DNA from: an uncultured Spirochaetales bacterium
GTDB taxonomy: Bacteria; Spirochaetota; Spirochaetia; SZUA-6; CAVTHK01
Reading direction: 5' to 3'
Length of the DNA: 64,000 nucleotides
Assembly (NCBI GenBank): GCA_964552235.1
Contig: CAZKGO010000016.1
Span: forward strand, 1,048 to 65,047
The notes below the pieces were generated by a model that worked only from the letters and a program-made list of their open reading frames with translations, was not told the DNA's origin and did not search any database. Shown piece by piece: positions 18,393-27,145 of the stretch; the stretch's first letter is position 1, and the number at the start of each line of letters is the position of its first letter. The translations under genes were made by a program, and so were the position numbers.

Positions 18393-19646
18393 CTACGTCG
18401 CCCGCAGGCAGTCGGTGATCGGCATGCGGAGGGCGCGGCGCGTCGGAATAAGGGCCACGGCCACGCACAGCAGGATTCCGAACAACCAGGCGCCCGCCAT
18501 CGCCTGGGGGTGCCAGGCGCCCCGGAACACCCCAGTGACCCGGTAGCCCATGTCGATGTTGCGCACCAACGGACCGAAGTCGATGCCCCTGTTGACCATT
18601 CCCAGGCACAGCAGGGCGCCGAGAGCCAGCCCCAGCGTCGAGCCCAGGACGCCGATGCCGGCAGCTTCCAGAAGGAAGAGCCTCCGCACCTGGCGGTCGC
18701 CCATCCCCAGGGCGCGCATCGTCCCCAGCTCGCGCCGGCGTTCATAGATCGCCATCAGCATCGTGTTGGAAACGCCCACTGCGGCGATCACGAAGGCCAG
18801 CACCAGGATGAATCCGGTGCCCTTCTGCTTGGCCGCGGCTATCGCCAGGTAGTCCTCGGCGAGCCGCTGCCATTCCAGCACCTCGATGCCGGGCATCCGG
18901 GCCCGCAGGTCGCGCTGGAGGTCCGCGGCGAGGCTGCCCGCATCGGCGCGCTCGGGAAAGCGAAGGTCGATTTCCGTGACGGCGCCGTTCATGGCGAGCA
19001 GCGCGTCGGCCGCATCGAGAGGCAGGAACACGGACGAGCGGTTGACCTGCGGATTGGGGCAGGTGAGGATGCCGACCACCGGGACTTCGAAGCTCTGGTA
19101 GTAGCCGTCGCGGGTGCGTGTGACGATCGTCACCGTGTATCCCACCTCCGCCCCCAGGTCCTCGGCGAGCCAGGAGCCGAGAAGGATCGCCTCCTCGCCC
19201 GCCTCGAGCCAGCGGCCGGCCGTGACGGTCTCTTTGAAGCGGAACACGCGGTTGTCGAGCTCCGGGTCGATCGCCACGACCTTGACGCGCAGCGAGCCGT
19301 CCTCCGGGAACGGGTCCTGGCGCACGATCAGCTCCGCGCCGAAGACCGTGCGGGGCGCGGCGGGGATGCCGCGCTCGGCCAGCGCTGCCAGCACCCGCTG
19401 CGGCTGCTCGAGGACCGTGTCGAGCGGCAGCTGCTCCCTGTCGGCCCAGTACCCCTCGGCCAGCACGCGGGCCGAGCTCGACTCGTACCAGATCAGGTTC
19501 CGCTCCGACTCCTTCTCGGCGCCGAGCAGGACGGAGTCGATCAGGAGGTAGGCCGCCAGCCCCACGGCCAGGGCGCCCGCCGTGATGACGGTGCGGCGCA
19601 GGTAGCGGGAGAGGTTCTTCCACGCCAGGGACGCCAGGTACTTCAC
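18393..19646 (-). CDS. ABC transporter permease, FtsX/MacB family (second copy)
   Basis: GTG 19646 forms a GTGA overlap with the ATPase stop, with GGAGG upstream. IYERRRELGTMRALGMG...MPITDCLRAT. The N-terminal 250 aa of the track ORF is the out-of-frame shadow of the ATPase gene. Confidence 0.8.
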   Translation of the reverse strand: MKYLASLAWKNLSRYLRRTVITAGALAVGLAAYLLIDSVLLGAEKESERNLIWYESSSARVLAEGYWADREQLPLDTVLEQPQRVLAALAERGIPAAPRTVFGAELIVRQDPFPEDGSLRVKVVAIDPELDNRVFRFKETVTAGRWLEAGEEAILLGSWLAEDLGAEVGYTVTIVTRTRDGYYQSFEVPVVGILTCPNPQVNRSSVFLPLDAADALLAMNGAVTEIDLRFPERADAGSLAADLQRDLRARMPGIEVLEWQRLAEDYLAIAAAKQKGTGFILVLAFVIAAVGVSNTMLMAIYERRRELGTMRALGMGDRQVRRLFLLEAAGIGVLGSTLGLALGALLCLGMVNRGIDFGPLVRNIDMGYRVTGVFRGAWHPQAMAGAWLFGILLCVAVALIPTRRALRMPITDCLRAT

Positions 19647-20335
19647 TGGCCGCCTCCGTCGCGCCGCTCGTCCGAAGCGACCGTACCGTCGTGGAGGCGC
19701 ACCAGGCGCCGGGCTCGCTCCATGACCATCGGGTCGTGGGTGGAGAAGACAAAAGTGGTGCCGTGGCGCTCGTTCATCTGCTCCATCAGCTCCAGGATCG
19801 CCTTGCCGTTGTCGGAGTCCAGGTTGGCGGTCGGCTCGTCGGCCAGCACGAGCAGCGGCTGCTTGACCAGGGCGCGCGCGATGGCCACGCGCTGCTGCTG
19901 CCCGCCGGAGAGCGTGCCGGGCAGGCTGTCCTCCCGGCCCTCGAGCCCCACCTCGGCCAGGAGGGCGAGGCTGCGCCCGCGCGCCTCGCGTTCGTCGACG
20001 CCCTGGAGGGACAGCGCGAATTCCACATTCTCCGCCGCGGTCAGCACGGGGATCAGGTTGAAGGTCTGAAAGACGAATCCCAGCCGGTCGCGGCGGAACA
20101 GGGCCAGCTCGCGGTCGCTCATCCGGCTCACCTCCCTGCCGTCGATGACGATCCGGCCCGAGTCGGGCCGGTCGATGCAGCCGATCAGGTTCAGCAGCGT
20201 CGTCTTGCCCGAGCCCGACGGCCCCGCGATCGAGAGGAATTCGCCGGAATCGATCCGCAGCGACACCCCGCGGAGCGCCCTGACCTCCGTTTCGCCGGTC
20301 CGGTAGGAGCGCACCACGTCGTCGATGCGGATCAT
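19643..20335 (-). CDS. ABC transporter ATP-binding protein (LolD/MacB-type)
   Basis: Walker A GPSGSGKTT, signature LSGGQQQRVAIARAL, Walker B LVLADEPT. Confidence 0.9.
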   Translation of the reverse strand: MIRIDDVVRSYRTGETEVRALRGVSLRIDSGEFLSIAGPSGSGKTTLLNLIGCIDRPDSGRIVIDGREVSRMSDRELALFRRDRLGFVFQTFNLIPVLTAAENVEFALSLQGVDEREARGRSLALLAEVGLEGREDSLPGTLSGGQQQRVAIARALVKQPLLVLADEPTANLDSDNGKAILELMEQMNERHGTTFVFSTHDPMVMERARRLVRLHDGTVASDERRDGGGQ

Positions 20336-21069
20336 GATCTGCCTCCGTTGCCGCCCGCCGGCGCGGCGTGGGCGAGGTTCTGCCCGAGAGACTCAAGCGT
20401 CCGCCTGGCTGCGGCGGCCAGCCCGAGGCTGCCGGGCGCCGCGCCGAGAGCGCGTTCGGCGACCTCGTCGTACGCAGCCAGCATGCCCCCGGCCTTCTGC
20501 AGGCTTGCGGGCCGGTCGGCGCCCTGGAGCAGGAGTTCCGCGATCGCGTCGCCGATCGCAGTCCAGGCCCTCAGCAGGATCTCAGCCGTTTCGTCGGGCT
20601 GGGCCGCGCGGAAGCAGCCTTCGTCTATTCCCTGCCGTATGATCCGCGCATAGAGGGGGATCGTCGCCTGGAGAGCCCGTTCGTTCATCCTGTGGCGGGC
20701 GAGGAGGTTCTCGGGCCTGTAGGCTGCGCGCAGATACTGCATCAGCAGCTGCGGTTGGCCGCTCTTGATCGACCCCGCCGTCTCATGGAGGCGCCGAAGC
20801 TTGTCGGTGGCGGGGGTCCTGTCGTCGAGGATCGGCGTCAGGGCCGCGACGATGTTGGCGGCGAGGCGCTCGACGAGGCTGTCGAGCAGGTCCTCTTTGC
20901 CGGCAAAGTAGTGGTAGAACGTGCCCTTGGCGATGCCGGCCGCGTCGATGATCGCGTTGATGGTGGTCCGCTCGTAACCTGCCGTGGCGAACAGCCTCTC
21001 GGCGCGATCGAGAATTTCGTTCTTTCGCACCGCGTGGGCCTTGACCACCCGTGATGACACTCTCTGCAT
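20332..21069 (-). CDS. TetR/AcrR family transcriptional regulator
   Basis: The HTH region RKNEILDRAERLFATAGYERTTINAIIDAAGIAKGTFYHYFAGKEDLL is canonical TetR_N. ATGA overlap with the ATPase start. Confidence 0.85.
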   Translation of the reverse strand: MQRVSSRVVKAHAVRKNEILDRAERLFATAGYERTTINAIIDAAGIAKGTFYHYFAGKEDLLDSLVERLAANIVAALTPILDDRTPATDKLRRLHETAGSIKSGQPQLLMQYLRAAYRPENLLARHRMNERALQATIPLYARIIRQGIDEGCFRAAQPDETAEILLRAWTAIGDAIAELLLQGADRPASLQKAGGMLAAYDEVAERALGAAPGSLGLAAAARRTLESLGQNLAHAAPAGGNGGRS

Positions 21070-21112
21070 CCTTCGCGCGCTGCGCGCGCCGCCGTCCATT
21101 GGGCCGAAATGC

Positions 21113-21127
21113 GACCGACCGTCGGTC
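21113..21127. promoter_or_regulatory. 15-bp palindrome GACCGAC-c-GTCGGTC (candidate TetR operator)
   Basis: Read directly. It lies 44 nt upstream of the tetR start codon. Confidence 0.3.
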
Positions 21128-21218
21128 GGACAGCACAAATGTAGCGAGGAGGACGGCAGATCGTCAAGCGCCTCGCGGCTTTCGGGATCGCTTCTGTTTT
21201 GCGGGTGTCCTCGGCCGG

Positions 21219-21250
21219 CCTGCAGGCGTTTCCGCGGAAACGCCTGCAGG
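21219..21250. promoter_or_regulatory. Perfect 32-nt palindrome CCTGCAGGCGTTTCC-GC-GGAAACGCCTGCAGG
   Basis: Read directly. It sits in the divergent tetR/BON intergenic region with no flanking T tract. Confidence 0.3.
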
Positions 21251-21463
21251 CGCCCGGCCCTGACGATGAGCCTGGGCCGACCCCGCTCCTGAGGTCGACA
21301 TCCCCGGCCAGGGACGGGAGGAAACGGGGCCAGGACCTGCTCTCGGCGCCTTGCTCGAGGCGGCTCGAAGGCCGGGCGCGGCGATGATGGCTGCATGCAG
21401 GCGTCCTGCCGGCCTGCGGCGCCATCCACAGAATGGAATCCTGCCACATGCTGCAGGCTCGAC

Positions 21464-21492
21464 TTGACAGGTTCTAAGGGTTCGCCAAGAAT
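21464..21492 (+). promoter_or_regulatory. Possible promoter TTGACA-17-AAGAAT for the BON gene
   Basis: Hexamers read directly; the ATG lies 34 nt downstream with GAGGAGG as RBS. Confidence 0.35.
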
Positions 21493-21525
21493 CATAGGTG
21501 AATAAGTCTCGAGGAGGTCGCGGGT

Positions 21526-21756
21526 ATGACAGATATCGCCCGTGTGCTGCTCGATGAGATCCACACCTACGAGAACACGCCGGATATCGGTGTGGAGGTC
21601 ACCAAGGGCAAGGGCCTGTTCAACCGACGCAAGGTGATCCACGTGTTCGGCGCCGTGAGTTCCGAGTCGATTAAGCAGAAGATCGGGGAAATCGCACAGA
21701 AGCACGCCGGAGACGCCTACGACGTAAGCAACGAGGTCCGCGTCAAGGCCCACTGA
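21526..21756 (+). CDS. Small BON-domain-like protein
   Basis: 76 aa with a strong RBS. IGVEVTKGKG...VIHVFGAVSSESIKQKIGEIAQKHAGDAYDVSNEVRV fits the BON pattern (v.V.v..G.v.L.G.V.s......a...a....gv..V.n.l.v). Confidence 0.55.
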   Translation: MTDIARVLLDEIHTYENTPDIGVEVTKGKGLFNRRKVIHVFGAVSSESIKQKIGEIAQKHAGDAYDVSNEVRVKAH

Positions 21757-21910
21757 CCGCAAGCGGCTCTCCGATGCCGGCCGCCCGGCAATCGCTCCGC
21801 GGCCCGCGCACGCGAGGTTCGACGGCGCCCCGCTGAGGCCCCTTTTCGCCGTTGTTTCCTTCACCCACCCGCATCTGCGGCGCCTGCCCGCGCACGATCG
21901 TTGGGGCCGT

Positions 21911-23299
21911 TCAGCCCCCGGCTTGCGGGAGAGTCCTGTCGATCTCGGCCAGGCGATAGCCAAAGCCCGGCCCGCTGATCGTCGACAGGTCGATCTCGCC
22001 GTTCCTACGCGTGTAGAGCCCGGGGTGAACGGCTGCCTCGGGCAGCGAGGCCTGCGGGTAGAACTGCATGGCGTTGGTTTCTACCCCCATGATGGTGCCC
22101 GCGTGGGCGGCGAGCAGCACGTGCGGGATCTGGGCGAGCATCGGGTTGGTCAGGTCCTGCACCATCAGCGTCATGCCGTGCGCCTTGGCCCAGCACAGCG
22201 ACAGCAAGGCGCCCGACTGGGTCTTGCACGTCTTGAGCGCCACGCCGGTCCAACCGAGGCTGCGCCCGAGGCGGATCAGGCGCCAGTCGTGGGCGCTCTC
22301 GTCCATGAACAGCGGCTTGCGCGCGGCCACGGCGTGCACGTCGATCTGGTGCTGCTGCAGCTCGTAGGGGAACGGCTGCTCGACGTAAAGGATCATCCCG
22401 TAGGTGCGCGGCTGCTCCACCATCAACCGGTCGAGGATCTCGTTGACGTACCGCGGATCCGAAACCGTGCAGTTGAAGTCCGTGCTCAGCCACTCGACGC
22501 CCTTTTCCTGGCCGATGCGGCCGACCTGGACAATCCGCTGGTAGTCCCAGGCGGCGTCGGTTCCCGTCAGCTTGACCTTGAGGCACTTGAGCCCGTCGCG
22601 GTCCACCCAGTCGCGCAGCAGCACGGGGTAGCCGTCGTCGGGCTCCCCGCCGGTGAGCTCGCTCGCCTCGATCAGGTCCTTGCCTCCGACGAGGTGCCAG
22701 GCGCGCAGCCGGCGCTGCGGCGAGGCGGCGAGGAAGTCACGGGGAAACAGCCCCCGGAAGCTCACCTGGCTCCCGTCGGCCGGCTCCAGGTAGGCGGCCA
22801 GGTCGCGGTTCATGTAATCGGGACCGTAGGTCTCGTAGACCGGCAGGCCGAGCAGGTTGCCGTAGGCGTCGTGCGCGGCGATGTCGAAGGGCGAGAAGCA
22901 CACCAGGGCGGCCAGGTACGGCAGCTCCGTGAAGCGGCCGTCGCAGGCGCTCTCCCAGCAGCGCCGCAGCTCTCCCACGATGAATCCCTGGCCGATCTCG
23001 ATCGGGTGGCCCCGGTCGGTGACCCGCGGGAGGGAGGCGGAGATGGCCGTCACGATGTCCTTGAGCGCCCTGTGGCGATACTCGTAGGGGGCCGTGCCCG
23101 GCCAGACCCACTGCACGCTCAGCGGCGTCTCGCCCCACCCCTCGGCCGAGCGCCCCCTGCGATCCTCGACGCGGACGCGGATCCGCGCGAGGGTGACGTG
23201 GGTGAGGGTCTCGGGTCCGAACTTGAGGGGCACGCGCGTGCGCACAGGAAGGAAGAAGACCTCGGTCTCCTTGATCTGGATGTCGCTGCTCCTGCTCAT
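21911..23299 (-). CDS. Enolase-superfamily enzyme (mandelate racemase/muconate lactonizing family)
   Basis: 462 aa. KxK (LKVKL), metal ligands STDFN, YVEQP and FMDES, and a base Lys in ALKTCKTQSG. RBS GGGAGG. Confidence 0.75.
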   Translation of the reverse strand: MSRSSDIQIKETEVFFLPVRTRVPLKFGPETLTHVTLARIRVRVEDRRGRSAEGWGETPLSVQWVWPGTAPYEYRHRALKDIVTAISASLPRVTDRGHPIEIGQGFIVGELRRCWESACDGRFTELPYLAALVCFSPFDIAAHDAYGNLLGLPVYETYGPDYMNRDLAAYLEPADGSQVSFRGLFPRDFLAASPQRRLRAWHLVGGKDLIEASELTGGEPDDGYPVLLRDWVDRDGLKCLKVKLTGTDAAWDYQRIVQVGRIGQEKGVEWLSTDFNCTVSDPRYVNEILDRLMVEQPRTYGMILYVEQPFPYELQQHQIDVHAVAARKPLFMDESAHDWRLIRLGRSLGWTGVALKTCKTQSGALLSLCWAKAHGMTLMVQDLTNPMLAQIPHVLLAAHAGTIMGVETNAMQFYPQASLPEAAVHPGLYTRRNGEIDLSTISGPGFGYRLAEIDRTLPQAGG

Positions 23300-23589
23300 G
23301 TGCGCCTCCCGCGTCCGCTCTTCAGTCTGCGGATCCGATCACCAGGCCCGGCGTCCTGCCGGGATTCTCCACCCCCCGCCGCCTCTCTTCTTCGACGCGC
23401 GGCGGCGCCGGGGTCGGAGGCGCCGCGAAACCCGGGCTCGGGCGAGAGCACGTCCCGGTCGGCCGGCCTGACAGGACCGTCGCGGCGGCGCGGCTTCCGC
23501 CGTCGGCCCCCCGAAGATGCCCCCGCAGCCTCTCTAGGCCCCAGAGTACCGGACAACGCGGCGAAAGCACAAGGAACCACCGACGGCCC

Positions 23590-24378
23590 TCAGGTCTCCA
23601 GGTCCACGGTCAACCCGTCGTACGCCAGTCCCACGACCGAGCCTGTCTCGCGGGCCAGCCGTTCCTCCAGCCTGGCATGGAGCACCTCGTGGCAGACGTG
23701 GGTGAGCAGGGCCCTGGCCGGCGCCAGCCGGCGCACGATGGCCAACGCCTCTTCGACGCTCAGGTGCGAAACGTGAGGTCTGGTGCGCAGGCCGTCTATG
23801 ATCAGCAGCCGCAGGCCGCCGAGCTCGCCGATGGCCCGCTGCGGAATCGCGGAGACGTCGGGGATGTAGGCGCAGTCGCAGAAGCGGTAGCCCCACACCT
23901 CGCTGTTGCCGTGGAGGACCGTGATCGGGCGGAACTCGACGCCGCAGATCTCGACGCTCGCCGCGATCGGCCGCAGGTCCAGCGATGCGACTCCGCCGCC
24001 GGTGTGCCCGTTGCCCTCGAAGAGGTAGCGGAACGGGTGATCGCGGATGTACTGCAGATGGTCGGCGCGCCCGTACACCGGCAGGCTTCCCCTGCCGCGC
24101 GAGGTGAACACCCGCAGGTCGTCGATGCCCGCGATGTGATCGTAGTGGGTGTGCGTGATCAGCAGCGCCTCCAGCCGCCTGAGGTTCTGCCTCAGGGCCT
24201 GGGTCCTGAAGTCGCGCCCGCAGTCGATGAGAACGTTGCCCCCGTCCGCCGTGATCAGCAGTGAGGCGTTGGTTCGCTTGTCGCGGGGATCCGGCGAGCG
24301 GCAGGTCGCGCAATCGCACCCGATCATCGGCACGCCGTGGCTTGTGCCCGATCCCATGACTGTCATCCGCGCTGTCAC
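23590..24378 (-). CDS. MBL-fold metallo-hydrolase (PhnP/GPMB-like)
   Basis: GSGTSHGVP...CDCATC...LITHTHYDHIAGIDDL (HxHxDH motif). An alternative ATG start lies at 24366. Confidence 0.8.
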   Translation of the reverse strand: MTARMTVMGSGTSHGVPMIGCDCATCRSPDPRDKRTNASLLITADGGNVLIDCGRDFRTQALRQNLRRLEALLITHTHYDHIAGIDDLRVFTSRGRGSLPVYGRADHLQYIRDHPFRYLFEGNGHTGGGVASLDLRPIAASVEICGVEFRPITVLHGNSEVWGYRFCDCAYIPDVSAIPQRAIGELGGLRLLIIDGLRTRPHVSHLSVEEALAIVRRLAPARALLTHVCHEVLHARLEERLARETGSVVGLAYDGLTVDLET

Positions 24379-24555
24379 TCGTGAGCCAGTCCTCTCGCCC
24401 GCGTGCGCCTGGCCCCGGCGGCCGGCAGGCGCCGCAGCCTCTCGCCCGCCACTATAGCAGACCGGGCATTCGCGGCAAACCGCGGTCGACGCGGCCGCCT
24501 TCGGCAGGAGGCAGAGCGGGCACGGGGGGCGGGCCCGAGGCCGTTCCGCGGTGGA

Positions 24556-24584
24556 TTGTGATAAGCCGATTATCCTGTTAAATT
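24556..24584 (+). promoter_or_regulatory. Possible promoter TTGTGA-17-TAAATT upstream of add
   Basis: Hexamers read directly in an AT-richer patch. Confidence 0.4.
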
Positions 24585-24629
24585 CAAGCCTGATCTGGCC
24601 GTTATATATGAGTATGAGGTGACGGACCG

Positions 24630-25754
24630 GTGCCCAAACGCAGGGACGCTTCGGTGACCGCCGGTACTACGGGGACCGTGAGGACGGCTGCGCCTACAAA
24701 CATGAGCAGGCAACAGGTTCAGGAGCTGGTCCGCGTCCTCCCCAAGACCGAGATCCACCTGCACCTCGAGGCCACCGCCACCGCCGAGACGATCTGGCGG
24801 ATGATCGAGCGGCACAAGCTCTCGATACCCGGCATCAAGACGCAGAAGCAGCTGGAGCGTCGATTCAAGGTCCGCAGCCTCAACGAGTTCATCGATCTGT
24901 TCATCAACGTCATCCAGGGCTGCCTTCGCAGCGGCGAGGACCTCGACCTGGTTCTGACCGACGCCCGCAGCTACCTCAAGCGCAACAACATCTACTACGC
25001 CGAGATTTTCGTTGCGCCCTCCAAGCTCATCATGAACGGGCTGCCGTTCGAGGTCATGATCTCCAAGCTCGACGAGGCCATGGAGCGGCTGAAGCGAGAG
25101 GACGACATCGACGTCCGCTTCATCGTGGACGTATCCCGCAGCTACGGAGTCGACAACGCCCGCAAGAACCTCGATCTCACCCTCAAGCATCGCGGGCGCA
25201 GCGTGATCGGCATCGGGCTCGGCGGCAGCGAGGCGACGGGGCCCGCCCGGGACTACGCCGATGTCTTTGCCCGCGCCAGCGACAGCGGGCTGCGCGTCGT
25301 GGCGCACGCGGGCGAGGATGTGGGCCCGGAGTCGATCTGGGACGCGATCCGCTACCTCAAGGCCTCGCGCATAGGGCACGGGATCAGCGCCATCGAGGAC
25401 GAAGAGCTGATGGACTATCTCGCCGAGAAGCAGATCCCTCTCGAGATCTGCCCGACGAGCAACCTCTTTACGCGCAAGTACGTTACCAAGCTCACCAATC
25501 ACCCGATTCGCGCGTTCTTTGACCGCGGCATCAAGGTGACCGTCAACAGCGACGACCCGGCGCTGTTCGGCGTCGAGCTGGTCGACGAGTACATCAAGCT
25601 GATGAACGGCGGCTTCTTCAAGATCGACGAGATCGTCGCGCTGGTGCGCAACGGCCTGTTCTCGACGTTCATGCCCGTCAGGCAGAAGGCCGCGCGATGG
25701 GCCGCCATCTCGAAGTTCATCGCCGAGCGGGGAGTCCCGACCGACCGCGATTGA
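24630..25754 (+). CDS. add: Adenosine deaminase
   Basis: LPKTEIHLHLEA, VVAHAGE, GHGI and TVNSDDPALFG. GTG 24630 has GAGGTGA upstream; ATG 24702 is an alternative start. Confidence 0.85.
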   Translation: MPKRRDASVTAGTTGTVRTAAPTNMSRQQVQELVRVLPKTEIHLHLEATATAETIWRMIERHKLSIPGIKTQKQLERRFKVRSLNEFIDLFINVIQGCLRSGEDLDLVLTDARSYLKRNNIYYAEIFVAPSKLIMNGLPFEVMISKLDEAMERLKREDDIDVRFIVDVSRSYGVDNARKNLDLTLKHRGRSVIGIGLGGSEATGPARDYADVFARASDSGLRVVAHAGEDVGPESIWDAIRYLKASRIGHGISAIEDEELMDYLAEKQIPLEICPTSNLFTRKYVTKLTNHPIRAFFDRGIKVTVNSDDPALFGVELVDEYIKLMNGGFFKIDEIVALVRNGLFSTFMPVRQKAARWAAISKFIAERGVPTDRD

Positions 25755-25761
25755 GGCGCTT

Positions 25762-26370
25762 TCAGGCCAGGCGCCCGTGGACGATGTCGTCCACCACTCT
25801 CCAGTACAGATCGTGTTCCGCCTCGAGCACGCGCTCGGCCAGCCGTTCGGGCGTGTCGCCGGGAAGCACGGGAACCCTCGCCTGAGCGGCCACCGGTCCG
25901 TGATCGTAGTCCTCGTCGACAAAGTGCACGCTCACCCCGCTTTCGGTCTCTCCGGAGCGCAGTACGGACTCGTGGACGCGCAGCCCGTACATGCCCTGCC
26001 CGCCGTGGCGCGGCAGCAGCGCCGGGTGGATGTTCAGGATGCGCCTCGGGTAGCGGCGCACGACCGGCGCCGGCAGCTTCTTCAGGTATCCCGCCAGCAG
26101 GATCAGCTCGACGCGTTCTTCCTCGAGGGCGTCGAGCAGCGCCTGCGCCAGCTCCTGCGGATCGGGATGGGTGCGGCTGGAAGCGTGCAGCGTGCGGATG
26201 CCCCGCCTTCGGGCGAGCTCGAGGGCCCCCGAATGGCTGTTGTTGCTGACGACGAGGCGGACCCGCGCATCGCGCAGGCGTCCCTCGTCGATGCGCGCGA
26301 GGATCGCGGCCAGGTTGCTGCCGCGACCCGACGCGAAGGCGGCAATGTTCACCGGCAACAGAGCTAACAC
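25762..26370 (-). CDS. purN: Phosphoribosylglycinamide formyltransferase
   Basis: FASGRGSNL, LAGYLKKL, NIHPALLP and VHFVDEDYDHGP. Confidence 0.9.
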   Translation of the reverse strand: MLALLPVNIAAFASGRGSNLAAILARIDEGRLRDARVRLVVSNNSHSGALELARRRGIRTLHASSRTHPDPQELAQALLDALEEERVELILLAGYLKKLPAPVVRRYPRRILNIHPALLPRHGGQGMYGLRVHESVLRSGETESGVSVHFVDEDYDHGPVAAQARVPVLPGDTPERLAERVLEAEHDLYWRVVDDIVHGRLA

Positions 26371-26482
26371 GAGCGACTCGGCCCGTCAACACGCAGAGCC
26401 GGGGTAGGTGCAATTCCTGGCCTGCGTCGCTATACTGGGTCCGCCGCCGAGGCCGCTCCTGGCCATGGCGCGAGAGGGGACG

Positions 26483-27145
26483 ATGGGCGGAACAAGCAAG
26501 CTGGCGGGGGTCGCGGCCGCGGCCCTGTTGTTGAGCTCGTGCATCGGCGTCGACAGCCGCGTGGCGTTCAAGAGCGACGGATCAGGCACGCTCAAGGTCG
26601 AGTACAGGATCGCGAAGTCGCTGTGGAACCTCGGCAAGGAGGGGGGGGCGCAGCTGCCGCTCGTCGTCGGCGAGCAGGAACTGCGGGAGGCGCTGTCGCA
26701 GGGCAATGGCCTCGAGGTGGTGGCGGTCAGCCGGCGCGAAGACGAAACCGACGTGTTTGTCGCGGCCGAGGTCCGTTTCCAGCGCATCGAGGCGCTCGCC
26801 GAGACTGAGGCGTTCGCCGACATGCCGATGAGCCTGCAGCGTTCGGGCGACGACTATGTGTTCCGCCAGGTGATCTCCCCTGCCGCCGAGGAGCAGCCCG
26901 CAGCCGGACAGCCGACGGCTCCAGCCGGCGCGCAGGCGGCGGCCGCCGCCGACAGGGATGTCGAGGAGATGTTCGGGCCGCTGCTGGCAGGCTACGAAGT
27001 CCTTCTCTCTGTGGCAGCGCCGAGGCCGCTCAAGTCGCACAGCGCCGGCCAGGTCTCGGCCGACCGCAAATCCGTGACCTGGCGCCTGTCGCTCGACGGC
27101 CTGATGGAGATTCCGGCGGGGACCGTCTTCACGGTCACGTGGTAG
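26483..27145 (+). CDS. Lipoprotein, function unknown
   Basis: MGGTSKLAGVAAAALLLSSC contains a lipobox. RBS GAGAGGGGA. The track start 26408 is probably an over-extension. Confidence 0.6.
   Translation: MGGTSKLAGVAAAALLLSSCIGVDSRVAFKSDGSGTLKVEYRIAKSLWNLGKEGGAQLPLVVGEQELREALSQGNGLEVVAVSRREDETDVFVAAEVRFQRIEALAETEAFADMPMSLQRSGDDYVFRQVISPAAEEQPAAGQPTAPAGAQAAAAADRDVEEMFGPLLAGYEVLLSVAAPRPLKSHSAGQVSADRKSVTWRLSLDGLMEIPAGTVFTVTW

Noticed and set aside
18393-20396. Track ORFs that appear as single huge proteins: 18393..20396, 20332..21963, 31569..33584, 31599..33620, 47904..50186, 50454..52478, 13936..14982, 15325..16638.
   Set aside because: Only the C-terminal parts carry real protein signatures. 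The N-terminal parts run out of frame through the upstream gene. Internal starts with an RBS or 4-nt overlaps give normal-length proteins.
21219-21250. The 32-nt perfect palindrome as an intrinsic terminator.
   Set aside because: There is no U/A tract on either side. It also lies between two divergently transcribed genes, where no transcript needs terminating.
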